The position numbers and the translations under genes were made by a program. Positions 25,585-40,050 of a stretch of 64,000 nucleotides of DNA are shown one piece after another. This DNA comes from Piromyces finnis finn. Lineage: Eukaryota; Fungi; Neocallimastigomycota. The first letter of the stretch is position 1; each line of letters starts with the position of its first letter. The notes under the pieces were generated by a model, which did no database searches, was not told where the DNA came from, and worked only from the letters and a program-made list of their open reading frames with translations. Location of the stretch: contig MCFH01000002.1 of NCBI GenBank assembly GCA_002104945.1, forward strand, positions 558,001 to 622,000, read 5' to 3'.

Positions 25585-27021
25585 ATGAAATTTAATTCCA
25601 AATTTTTAATTGGAACAGGAATTAATACATTCAATTTCAAACCATCATTAAATTATACATTATTATTATCTGTACTTAATAATACAATACAAAATAAATT
25701 TAGATTTTCATCACTAACTACTACTACCACTACTACTTGTTCTCTTGTATTTACTAATAATTATTCTACAAATATTAATAATAATTTTGTGAAAATGAAT
25801 TTATATCAACATCTTCAAGATTGTAAAAAATATTTAACTAATAATAAGGAAAATAATAAAACAACTACCCTTGTTTTAGGTAATGAAACAGCAGATCTTG
25901 ACTCTATGGTATCAGCACTATTTTATTCCTATCTTGCTTCCGTAACTTCTTCAAATAAAAACCGTCAATATATACCACTAATTAATTTAAATAGAGAAGA
26001 TTTCAAATTAAAAACGGATTGTATTTATCCTATTGTAAACTATTTCAATTCACAGGAAACAGATAAAGAAGTAAATTATAAGACTTGTAGTCAAGAACTT
26101 GTTTTTAGAGATGATATTACTCCAGAAGTTCTTGCTTCATTTAATGAATTACAAATTGTATTAGTCGATCATAACCGACTTTGCTATGATTTTGAAGAAC
26201 TTCTCAGTAAAAAAAAATATGTGGTTGAAAGTATTATTGACCATCATGTTGATGAAAATAAGTATAAGCCAACTCATCTCAAGATAATAAATATGGTTGG
26301 TTCAACAGTATCTTTAATTACACAACTCTATCAACAAGAAGAGCAAAAAAATAAAGAACTTTTCCAACAAAATCCAATGGATGCTGAAATGGCAAAACTT
26401 TTCTTAGCTCCTATTTTAATTGATAGTGTAAATTTAAATAGAGAATACCATAGAACAACAGACATTGATGAGAATTCAGCAGAATATTTAAAAAATATCA
26501 TTTTAAAGAAAGAACAAACCTTTAACACCAACCACTACTACAAACATTTAAAAGAGAATAAGCATAAGATAGAAGACTTATCCATTTACGATTTATTACG
26601 TAAAGACTTTAAAAAGTATTTCCATCATCCAAATTCAGATAAAACTTCACCCGAAAATTATTTCTATGGTATTAGTAGTGTTTCCAGATGGTGTATAAAA
26701 AAATTAATCGAAGAGAAATCTGATGCTAAAGAAGAAATTATTTCTTCTATGAAGAAATGGATGCAAAAACAAAATTTAAAATTTCTTCTTATTATGGCTT
26801 CTCATCTTGATGGTGATATCTTTAAAAGGGAGCTTTTCTTTTTATTTGATGAAAATTTCAATGCTTCCATTGAAGCAGCTATTATAAAGGGTATAGAGAA
26901 TTCTGATATTGAATGTACTTGTATTCAAAAATCTGAAGATGATCATCATTACTATTATAGTCAAAAGAATTTAAAATATTCTAGAAAAGTACTTCAACCT
27001 TATTTACAAAGTTTACTTTAA
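25585..27021 (+). CDS. PPX1: DHH-family exopolyphosphatase (PPX1/Prune-like), intronless
   Basis: VLGNETADLDSMVSAL, LVDHN, IIDHH, VGSTVSLI, PILIDSVNL, DLLRKDFK, C-terminal SRKVLQP. Candidate ATGs at 25540 (repeat edge), 25585 and 25795. Confidence 0.85.
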   Translation: MKFNSKFLIGTGINTFNFKPSLNYTLLLSVLNNTIQNKFRFSSLTTTTTTTCSLVFTNNYSTNINNNFVKMNLYQHLQDCKKYLTNNKENNKTTTLVLGNETADLDSMVSALFYSYLASVTSSNKNRQYIPLINLNREDFKLKTDCIYPIVNYFNSQETDKEVNYKTCSQELVFRDDITPEVLASFNELQIVLVDHNRLCYDFEELLSKKKYVVESIIDHHVDENKYKPTHLKIINMVGSTVSLITQLYQQEEQKNKELFQQNPMDAEMAKLFLAPILIDSVNLNREYHRTTDIDENSAEYLKNIILKKEQTFNTNHYYKHLKENKHKIEDLSIYDLLRKDFKKYFHHPNSDKTSPENYFYGISSVSRWCIKKLIEEKSDAKEEIISSMKKWMQKQNLKFLLIMASHLDGDIFKRELFFLFDENFNASIEAAIIKGIENSDIECTCIQKSEDDHHYYYSQKNLKYSRKVLQPYLQSLL

Positions 27022-28008
27022 AAATCAACAAATAAAATAATATATATATATAATAAATAATAATATCAACAAAAGTAACAACAACAACAACAACAATAAT
27101 AATAAAAAAAAAACGTAAAGTAAAAAAACAAAAAATAAATATGTAAATGAAAAATATAAGTTATATATTCACAAGAAAAAATATTAAAAATAGTAAATAT
27201 TACATGTGTATTTATATTCACATATTAAAAAGCCATTATTTAATAAACATATATGAATAAGTTATTTTGAAGTTTTATATTAATGGAAGACGTTAGCTAC
27301 AAGGGTGTTATGAACTAGTATAAATAATATGGATTATAATATACATTTCAATATGTTTCAAATTAAATGTTTTTTATTTTATTTTTTATTATTAATTACA
27401 ATGATTTTATTATAATTTATTAATTATATTAAAAAATAAAGGTCATATAATTATTTCATGTATTAAAGCTGTTAATCTTAAAAAATTACTAATGAATATC
27501 AATTTATTTTGTATTTATAACTATTTATAATGAAAATTTTTATATTTATAATAAATAAAGTTTTTGTTATTGAATAATAATGAATGTAAAAATTGGTTGG
27601 TCAAATAATTTTCATTATTTTTTTTTTTTTTAAACAATGATATTTAACATACTTTATGAAAAATTTAGTTAAAGGTTATGGAATTATAAATATATTATAT
27701 ATTACATATAATATATTAATAATTAAAACTTTTCTATATTCTTCATATTAATAAAGAGAATATAATTGATATAAATACTTTTTTTTTTCTTTAGTTCTAT
27801 TTTTTTTTGTTTTATAAGATATAAAAATTTCACTTTATAATTATTTTAAAGATATAGTTAATCAATATATATATTGAATGATAATATTATTTTTTATATA
27901 TAATTTAAAATAGTTTTTTGGTATATAAGTATTATCTTTTTTTTTAACTTTTTTTATACTATTTAAATTAAAAATTTATTTTAAAGTCGAGCAAAATAAG
28001 AAAAAAAG

Positions 28009-30330
<2,322 letters not shown>

Positions 30331-33300
30331 ATTTAGTTTTTAAAAGTAATAAAGAAAAAAATTGTACTTTTATATATGCATATATATTTCAAAGTAATCT
30401 TTATTAGATATATTATTTTTTTTCTAAACATCTATTGAAGTATTTGTTTTATTTTATTATAATAAAAAAAAATAAAAAAAAAATAGTATTTAAATATTTT
30501 ATATGTTTTATATTTAATATATACATATATATTATACAATAGAAAAAAGATAAAACGATATAACTAACAAATTTTAATACTATTTATTATATTGAAAAAA
30601 AAAAAACATGGCTAATTCCCTAACCTACTTTAGAGTGGTGTATTTGTAAAAAGAAAAAAAAAGTTTAATATTTTGAATTTTAATTTTAAATATATTAATT
30701 GTTATAACACATTTTAATAAATATTTATGGAAATTTCATTTTTCCTTTTTTGTATAAAATAAATTATTTATAATTTAATGGAAATCCAAATATATTAAAA
30801 TTTATTTATTATTAAAATTTATAAATTATAAATATAAAACAAAAATATAAGAGGAATGAATTACTATTCATTAAATTTCAAATAATAAGAATATTTGAAT
30901 ATGAATATAGTATACACTATTTAATGATACTATTTAATTATAAAATACTAATTAATAAAGTATTTTATTTTTATATGAATTATTTTTTAGTAAATAAAAT
31001 CGCTTAAAATAATAAAAAAGTTTCATTGCCATAAATCAAAACAATAATTGAAATTTTAATCAAATTTATCTATAAAATTATATTTTCATTATCAAAAATA
31101 ATGTATACAAAATGTATGGATATATTGTTTATATAAAATTTATTAATGACTTCATTATTGTATGGCTAAAAATGTTTATTAATTAGTCAATGCTAAATTT
31201 CATCATGCTATAAAATAATAAGTAGATGAGAAAATATAACTATTGGAAAATAGTTCTCTTATTAAAATGACTAAGATACTTTAATAGTCCATATAAAGTA
31301 TTATAATAATAATATTTTATTATTATAATAAAGTATTATTATTAATAAGCTTTTTTTTTTTTATTTTTACCCCCAACATAACATTACTTTATTACTATTA
31401 CACTAAACTTAAAAATACCTTTTGCTTGTTCAAATTCTATTCCAATATATTATTTTCATGTTATAATTTAAATTATTTATAGTTTACTATTCTTATTTAA
31501 TTCCTATATGTACAAGTTTTAATGACAGACATATAGTTGAGACTTTTTTTATATTATATTACTTAATGATGTAGAAAGATGAATAATTGTGAGAGTACTA
31601 TGATAACTAGTAGCATAGATCTTTGAACATTAATGTTACTGAAACAATAAAATATGCCTAAGAGGGTAAAGAAAACAGGCTCAACAGTTTATGAATTAAC
31701 AGAAATCAAAAGAAGAATTGTACCAGCAGGCTGAGTAGGCTGGCTACGGTAGCTAAAAAAAAATATACATAATAACATATGCAATATATTAATAATACAT
31801 TTTTTTAATTATTATAAATATATTTTAATATACTTATATAATAAAATTATTAATTTACCATTTTTTATTTCATCTCTTTTAGAAGAAAGAAAACTCTTCT
31901 AATTTAATTGAATATAAACCATCATATATTATGTTCAATTGTTTTTTATTAACAATTAGTATAATAATATAATAAATAAATTATATTTTAAGGTTTATTT
32001 AAATAATATATTATTATCAATAAATTAAAAAAAAAGTATTACATGTATTACATTATCACTTAATTAAAATGATAAATACTATAAAATAAACTTTTCAATT
32101 GTTCAGAATAATGTAAAAAATTTAGACCAATGAAAGTAGTTATTTAAAATTTTTATATATTAGATTTTATATATGCAAGGGTAAATATTCTTATGAATGA
32201 AAGAAGATCTGTGATTTTAGTATTAATAGGATATCATTTTCATTGGCTTATAATATTAATATGAAATACAATAAATTCCTCATCCAATAAAATTATAAAT
32301 GAAATACATCATTCTACGTTTTTAAGAAAAATTTTATTTGGTAATGGCTTTCTTTATATTTAGGAAAAAAAAAATAATTTCCAATCTAATTTTAATATAT
32401 TCAATAAATTATTAAATTATTAGAAAAATGGCAAAAGATAAAAAGAAGTTATTTAAACCTTACTTTTGAATCGGATGTTGGTGAGTTTTAAATAGTCCAT
32501 TAAACATTTTTTTTATTCTTCAATAGCATTTTATTTTCTTATAAGAAATACTTATACTTTTAGGTGACAAAGTAAATTTACAAAATAATAATTTTTTTTT
32601 AAATTAGTATATCATTCATATAATACCAAAAGCAATATAACTATTTTTAATATATTTTATTAATTAAAATAATTTTCGGTAATAATATTTAATTCTATTT
32701 ATATCATATATTATAATATATCAATAGAATATATTATTTGTATTATATTTGAATATATTAAATATTTTAATTTTAATTAAAATTTCTCTATAAAAATTTT
32801 TTAAATATAATATATTAAATATAATTGTATTATATTTATTATATATATTTCAAATATATTCTATTATAGAATAAAAGATAGCTTAATAAGATAATAAGAT
32901 ATTAAACTCAATATTAATATAATTATTAATATATTAGAAAAATGTATTATACAGTTTTGTGTATAATATATTTTAATATATTTATATTGGCTAACATAAA
33001 TTAATTCTTTATAATATATAATAAGACATTATTGGATAATTGCTAATATAGCATTTAAAAATAGTAATCTTTTTCAAAAAATTTTTATGTGTGTAGAGGC
33101 TAAAATGATTTCTGCCTATTTATGAATGATAGATGATTGAATAAAATGTTGTTGAATAAACAACACCAATGTATTATTTTTTTATTTCTCTAGGTTTAAA
33201 TTTAAAGACGTCTTCTCTTTACAATGAACTGTATATCATTAACATGATGTTATAAAATATTAAATAAAAAAAGTTTTGTTTTATATTTGCAAATCTAGTA

Positions 33301-33865
33301 TAAAAATATAATTTGTATCATGGAAAAATGCATCACGTGTATTTTGAGCCACTATATATTGATAATAATTTATAATATTTGGAAGAAACATTAAATAATT
33401 AAATATATATTATATATATTATAATATAATTATATTACATATATTTTTATTTTCTTCTGTAATTTGTATAATACATTTAATATAAGACAAAATATTAATT
33501 AAATTTATATATAATACAAAAAAAAAAAAAAAATCATTTCTATCATTTCATCTAAAAGTTAAGATTTTAATAAAACTTTATATATATATATATATATTTT
33601 AATATATATGTATATAATATATTAATAATTACTTTTAGTATTTAATTGCCTTTTTTTCTTTCTTTTTTTTTTTTTTTTTAAAGTATTCTTTTCTTTTTTT
33701 TATTTTTTTTTTAACATTTTACTAAATAGTATATTTATTATAAAGATTTAATAATTTGTGAGATAAGAAGAAAAGATATTGAGAATATTATACATTTGAA
33801 TTAATACTAGCTATTATAATATTTAAATAAATGAAAATTTATTAAATACAAATAACACAGAAAAA

Positions 33866-36772
33866 ATGATAAAATTATTACTTTTAATAGCATTAAATAT
33901 TGCTTTAATATATGCTAGAACTGTAAAGTTCAGCGTTATTGCTTTTGGTACCAATGTACAAGTAAAAATTGGTTCCACAAAATATACTATGACTAAGACA
34001 AATTCTTATGATCCAGTATTCACTTACACAGCAGGAAATCTTAGTTCTAGTAGTTACAGGTAAATAGGCTAAAAAGATTTGGTATTTCATAAACAAAGAA
34101 ATTTAAAAAAAAAAAAAAAGAGAAAAAAATATGTTAGTAACGAAGTTAATAATAATTAAATAAATTATAGTTATAAATATATTGTAGATAATAAAGAAGA
34201 ATCCTTCACTCGTACTCTTAGTAGTACTGCAACAACTACTCATAATGAATTTTTTGAAAGAAAGGATACAATTAAAACTTTACCAGAATTCAATCACCCA
34301 GATAAGGGTACTTGGAAAAAGTCTATTGGTAAAACTTCACTTTTCGATGATTCATATATTCCAACTGTCCATATATACGGTACTAATGCTGAAAAGACAT
34401 TTACTGAAGCCACCTCAAGTTATGTTAGTAGAGTTACTTTTATTCTTAAAGATGATATTATTGTATTAAAAAATGTTGCTTGTTATCCAAAGAATGTATC
34501 TTGGCCAAAATTCCAATTTAAATTAATTGGTAATCAATATGCTGGTGACACATCTGGTGTTTATAATCGTTATGTATTAAAGTTCCGTGATAATAATGAA
34601 GACCCAACTTTCTTTAGACAAAAGTTATATTCTGATATTATGGATACAATTGGTGTTCCAACTATTCAAACAATTTTTGCACGTGTCTACGTTAACAATA
34701 AACCAGTTGGTTTATATGTTTTACAAGAAGAAGCTGCCAGTGAATCTTTTGCTAGAGCTTGTTTCCATGGTGATAATAATGGTAAATTAAAAATTACTAA
34801 TATTAATAAATTAGGACATCCATTGGATTGTAGTACTGGTGCTGATATTGCTTACGGTGATGGTGTTAGTTATTCTGCATTCCAACCATACAATAAGACT
34901 CGTTATGATAATAGTAGAATTAAGCTTTTAGCTAAGGCTTTATATGACTTAGATATTAATAATGAAACTGCTGTTTCAAATTTCGATAAACAATGGTTTG
35001 ATATTAATTCCTTTTTGAAAGCAGTAGCTATGGAATATTTAACTGGTCACTGGGATTCATATTTATTCTATTCTACCAATTATGCTATGTATGATAATCC
35101 AGATGAATCTGATGAAAGTAATAAGCGTTACAAATTCTATTTCATTTGCCAAGATTGGGATAATACTTTTGGTATTAATCTTGACGATTCTTATATTCAC
35201 TGTGCAGTAGATGAATTTTTAAATTATTCATACAAAAATTATGTAAATGCTAAATGGGGTGTTGATAGTTATGATGCTCCAAGACGTTATGTTTTTGATA
35301 AGCTTTTATCTAATAAGAATATTAAAAAGAAGTTTGAAAATATTCTTACTGATATTGTTAAATATATCATGAACCCAACTTCTTTTGAACCACGTCTTAG
35401 TGCTTTTGTTGAAAGATTCAAAGATGAAGTTAAATTTAGTTACACTACTACTCCATGGCGTACTGGTACTGAAAAGATTAAGTGGGATATGGGTGATTTT
35501 GAAAGAAATCTCAATTATAAAGGAAGACACGGTGTTGAATTTGGATTAAGAGAATTTGTATGTAAGAGAGCTAAGGGAATTAATTCTGAATTCTCATTAG
35601 GCCTTAAGATTGATTGTAGCGCTTATGAAAGTCCAAAAGAATGTGGACCAGGTTATGGTTATTGTCACGATAATAAATGCTGTAGTCCATATGGTTGGTG
35701 TGGTACTACAACTGCTCATTGTGGAACAGGTTGTCAATCAGGATATGGTTTATGTACCAATACTAATGGCAAGTGTGGTCCAAACAATGGAAATGCTAAA
35801 TGTCCATCTGGCCAATGTTGTAGTTCTAAGGGATATTGTGGTACCACAAGTGCTTACTGTGGTACAGGATGTCAATCAGAATTTGGTACTTGCAGTACAT
35901 CTACATCTACATCTACTAAATGTGGTCCAAACAATGGAAATGCTAAATGTCCATCTGGCCAATGTTGTAGTTCTAAGGGATATTGTGGTACCACAAGTGC
36001 TTACTGTGGTACAGGATGTCAATCAGAATTTGGTACTTGCAGTACATCTACATCTACATCTACTAAATGTGGTCCAAACAATGGAAATGCTAAATGTCCA
36101 TCTGGCCAATGTTGTAGTTCTAAGGGATACTGTGGTACCACAAGTGCTTACTGTGGTACAGGATGTCAAGCTAACTTTGGTACTTGTTCTAGTGTTATAA
36201 GTACTAATGGCAAATGTGGTCCAAAGAATGGCAATACTGTTTGCCCATCTGATCAATGTTGTAGTTCTAAGGGATACTGTGGTACTACTAAAGCCTACTG
36301 TGGTACTGGATGTCAAGCTAGCTTTGGTAAATGCTATCCAACTAGTACTAATAGCAAATGTGGTGCAAAGAATGGCAATACTGTTTGTCCATCTGGCCAA
36401 TGTTGTAGTTCTAAGGGATATTGTGGTACCACAAGTGCTTACTGTGGTACAGGATGTCAAGCTAACTTTGGTACTTGCAGTGCATCTACATCTACATCTA
36501 CTAAATGTGGTCCAAACAATGGAAATGCTAAATGTCCATCTGGCCAATGTTGTAGTTCTAAGGGATACTGTGGTACTACAGTAGCTTATTGTGGAGCTGG
36601 ATGTCAATCAGGATTTGGTACTTGTTATGCAGCTAGTACTAATGGATACTGTGGTGCAAAGAATGGTAATACTGTTTGTCCAACAGGTGAATGTTGTAGT
36701 ACTTTTGGTTATTGTGGTAAGAGTACTGACTTTTGTGTTACCTACTGTCAATCAGGTTTTGGTGCATGTTAA
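33866..36772 (+). CDS. cotH: Secreted CotH-family atypical protein kinase with 8 C-terminal CBM18 (hevein-like chitin-binding) domains
   Basis: Exon 1 33866-34059, intron 34060-34170, exon 2 34171-36772 (~931 aa). Signal peptide; [34 protein letters not shown]; eight CG..CCS.xGxCG....C..GCQ..xG.C repeats. Confidence 0.9.
35771..36700 (+). repeat. Coding tandem repeats (~147-bp period) encoding CBM18 domains
   Basis: Units start at 35771, 35918 and 36065; the first two units are essentially identical at the DNA level. Confidence 0.95.
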
Positions 36773-37236
36773 TTTATTTAAATTTATAAAACAATAACAT
36801 TTATTTACAGAAAAACATATCTTTAAACAAAATTGTTTTAATAATTTTAATAATTAATTATCATTTATATTATAAATAATATACATTTTGTTATCATATG
36901 CTATTTTTGATTATCAATATAATCATTATCTTTTTTTTTATTATAATTTTATAATTTTTGTAATTGCGTATTATGAAAATTTTTTATTTTATCATTAATT
37001 AATTACTATGTATTATTATATTCATTTATTAATGTATTTAGAGTTTTAAAAAGTATTACTTTTTTAATTTTTTTTTTCAAAAAAAAAAAAAGTTTATACT
37101 TTTAAAAAAAAAAAAAAAAGCATTTCAAATAGCTTTTTTTTTTTTTAACGCAATTTAATAAATATATATATAAAAATCAAACAAACAAACAAACAAAAAA
37201 ATTGTGTAAAAAATTTGATTTATTTATTATTTTTAT

Positions 37237-39575
37237 TTGGTTTTCGAAAAAAGGAAGAAAGTATTAGTCTTTTCATTTCAATCCAAGAAATATGTCGTAG
37301 ACGTCAATTAGATAATAAAGAGACATATTTTGCGTTTTTTAGATCTCGGGAAAGCATACGATTCAGTCCCAATTGGTAATATTCTCCATAAATTAGATTG
37401 TTTAGGAATCCGAGGTAAGAGTTTACAATTTATCAAAAATTTATATTTAACATCTAAGGTTAATGTCAAATTAGATGGACAATTCTCGAAATCTTTTGAT
37501 GTGAAGAAAGGAGTCCGTCAAGGTTGCCCACTTTCGCCTATTCTTTTTAATCTCTTTATTAATGATATATTTAAAGAGTGCGAAGATCTCGGAGTCAGTT
37601 TAGGTGACACTCGATGCTGTGGTGGACTTTTTGCAGATGATATAGTTATTTGTGCTCCAACAAGAGGATGCTTAAAAAAGATGCTTAGAAGAGTTAATGA
37701 ATGGGCATTGTATAATGAAATGGAATTTGGTATCCAGAAATGTTCAACGATGGTGATTCGTCCTGAATCAATAGAAAATTAGAACAAGAAAGATCCAACA
37801 TTTTACTTTGCAGGAAAACCCATTCCAACTACTGATTGCTATACTTATTTTGGTGTTCCATTTGATAAGAATTTCTTCCTCAAACCAGTAATTAAAGCTC
37901 TTAATAACAAGGTTTTGAAAGGACTTTTCTCAGTCAGTAAATTCTTAAGAAATCCTAATATACCTATTCCTTTCAAAAAACTAGTACTTAACTCACAAGT
38001 GATTAGCAGAGTTTCATACTTTGCACCATTACTTGGATTTCAACAAAGCTAGGTCTAGAATTGCTCAGAAGCATGTTAACAAAGGAATACGATGGGTTGC
38101 CGGAGTTCATAAAGCTGTATCGTTTATATCTTTATACTCTATCTCAAAAGATTTGAACATTTCTCCATTGTCAGCCAAATGTGCGTTAGCTCAGGTTTGA
38201 TGTTTTAACAAGTGGAAAAAATCAAATTATATTATCTCATATCTCATCAATTATATTTCTAAATTTAGAAAATATATATGGTGCAAATTAAGTAGGACAC
38301 TTGATAAAAAACTAAAGAAACATGGAGATGTTAAAGCAGTTAAAAACTTTTATTGGAAAGATCTCAAAGGGAATTCAATCAAAGCGCAATATTATGATGA
38401 TAATAAATTTATTGAAACTAAAGATTTTATTAAATTATGTTATGAATACCCAGAGTTTGCCTATGACTTCTACTGGCTATTGAAAGCAAGAAGCGGATAC
38501 AAGTTGGATGCTAGAGTTGCCAAAGCTGCTAAATTTGTTGATCTAATATGTCCTAACTACTGTCCATGTTGCAAGTGTGATGATCAAAGTATTAAGCATC
38601 GGTTGTTAGATTGTCCAACATTTAGTGATATCCGTATTAAACATTATGATTCTATAGTCCAGCTACTAAATTTTTTCAGTCAACGCAATTCCAACAGTCC
38701 TATCAATAATAATGAAAATGTTAATATCAGTAGAGATAGTAATAATATTAATAGTAATAGTAACAATAGTACTAATAACATTAACAATAGTAATAGTAAC
38801 AATAGTACTAATAACATTAACAATAGTAATAGTAATAATAGTACTAATAACAATAATGCTAATAACAATAATAGTAGTAGAATTAATAATATTAGTAATA
38901 ATAACAATAGTAGTAATAGAAATAATAATATTAGTAATGATAGCAATAATGAAGATAATAATTCTAATTTAGATAGTAATTTAATTAATAATAGTAATAG
39001 TTCTAATAATCCGGTGAATATCAATGTGTATGATTATTCTAGTGTGTGCAGTAAAATATTTAAATTCCTTCTTGGGGGAAGAAGTTTTAACAATATCAAT
39101 TACAATTCAAGGGAATGGAAAGAACTTTGCAAGTAACAGATACAATTGGGCACTTACGAAGAAACACCATTCATGACGGTAACAGCAGAACTTCTAACCA
39201 AAATCATGCCTTTTATTATTGACCAGTAATGGTCAATGTTCAAAAGGTTTAAAGCAACAACCAAGAGCGTCAATGCTGAAGAAACAGTAAGACAGGCCAG
39301 GAGGGTCAGCGCAACCAATGGAGATCATAATTTTATTCAATGACAAAATTTTGATCTTTGACTTGGTGTCCCATTGGAAGTCAAATACAATTAATGTACT
39401 TTAGTATAATAGTGACTTTCTTACTTTAATTACTAGAATACATTATACCCAATTTTTATTCATTTGTGTTTATTTAAACATATATTTTTATTTTTTATTT
39501 TTATTTTCAATTTTATTTTTTTATAACATGTATTATAATTTTAATTAAATTAATAATAAAGTTTAAAAATATTAA
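37237..39575 (+). mobile_element. Degenerate, 5'-truncated second copy of the same LINE (RT to 3' UTR)
   Basis: Begins at the QFGFRKKEES codons and is colinear with 2580-4840 (reverse). Frameshift near 37330, TAG at ~37780, further stops including ~39134; ends in an A-rich tract. Confidence 0.93.
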
Positions 39576-39599
39576 GAAAAAAAAAAAGTAGGATATTCA

Positions 39600-40050
39600 T
39601 ATAGTTTTCTATTTGGCTATTGAAAAAAAGAAATGAATACAAGTTAGATGTTAAAGTTACAAAAAAAAAAAAAAACTACTAGTTTGTTTGTTCGAGTTTT
39701 TGTCCATGTGATAAAAGTAGTAATCAAAATATTTTGGTTAACCGAATACTCTATATCTGGTGATAATTAAATATTACAATTTTTTTTTTTCAAATTTTTA
39801 GGTATCATAGTAAAAAGAAAAAAAACATTCAAATTAGCTGATTAATAAGAATGACAACAATGGTAATAACAGTAACAATAGTAATAATAAAATTAGAGAT
39901 AATAATAATAATAATTATTCTATTAATAATAGAAGTTATGCTAGAAATAATAGTATTTATAAAAATAATGATAATTCTATTTTTTTTTTTTAATTTGAAT
40001 AATTATGTTAGTAGTTTAATAATATTCAGTAAATATTAAGGAGTATAATA
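39600..40050 (+). mobile_element. Heavily decayed third fragment of the LINE (YWLLKAR...CPCC...Asn-rich region)
   Basis: ttctatttggctattgaaaaaaagaaatgaatacaagttagatgttaaagttac aligns by eye with ttctactggctattgaaagcaagaagcggatacaagttggatgctagagttgcc; then tgtccatgtg and an Asn-like tract. Confidence 0.65.

Noticed and set aside
31565-31645. Possible C/D-box snoRNA (ATGATGT ... CTGA)
   Set aside because: Imperfect C box, no convincing terminal stem and no rRNA-antisense guide recognised.
35771-36700. Regularly spaced direct repeats resembling a CRISPR array
   Set aside because: Repeats are in-frame coding units without unique spacers; no cas genes; eukaryotic context.
35610-36797. Overlapping alternative-frame ORFs over the CBM18 region (likewise those over 42427..43698 and PRP22)
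   Set aside because: Shadow ORFs caused by biased codon usage and repeats; no recognisable domains.
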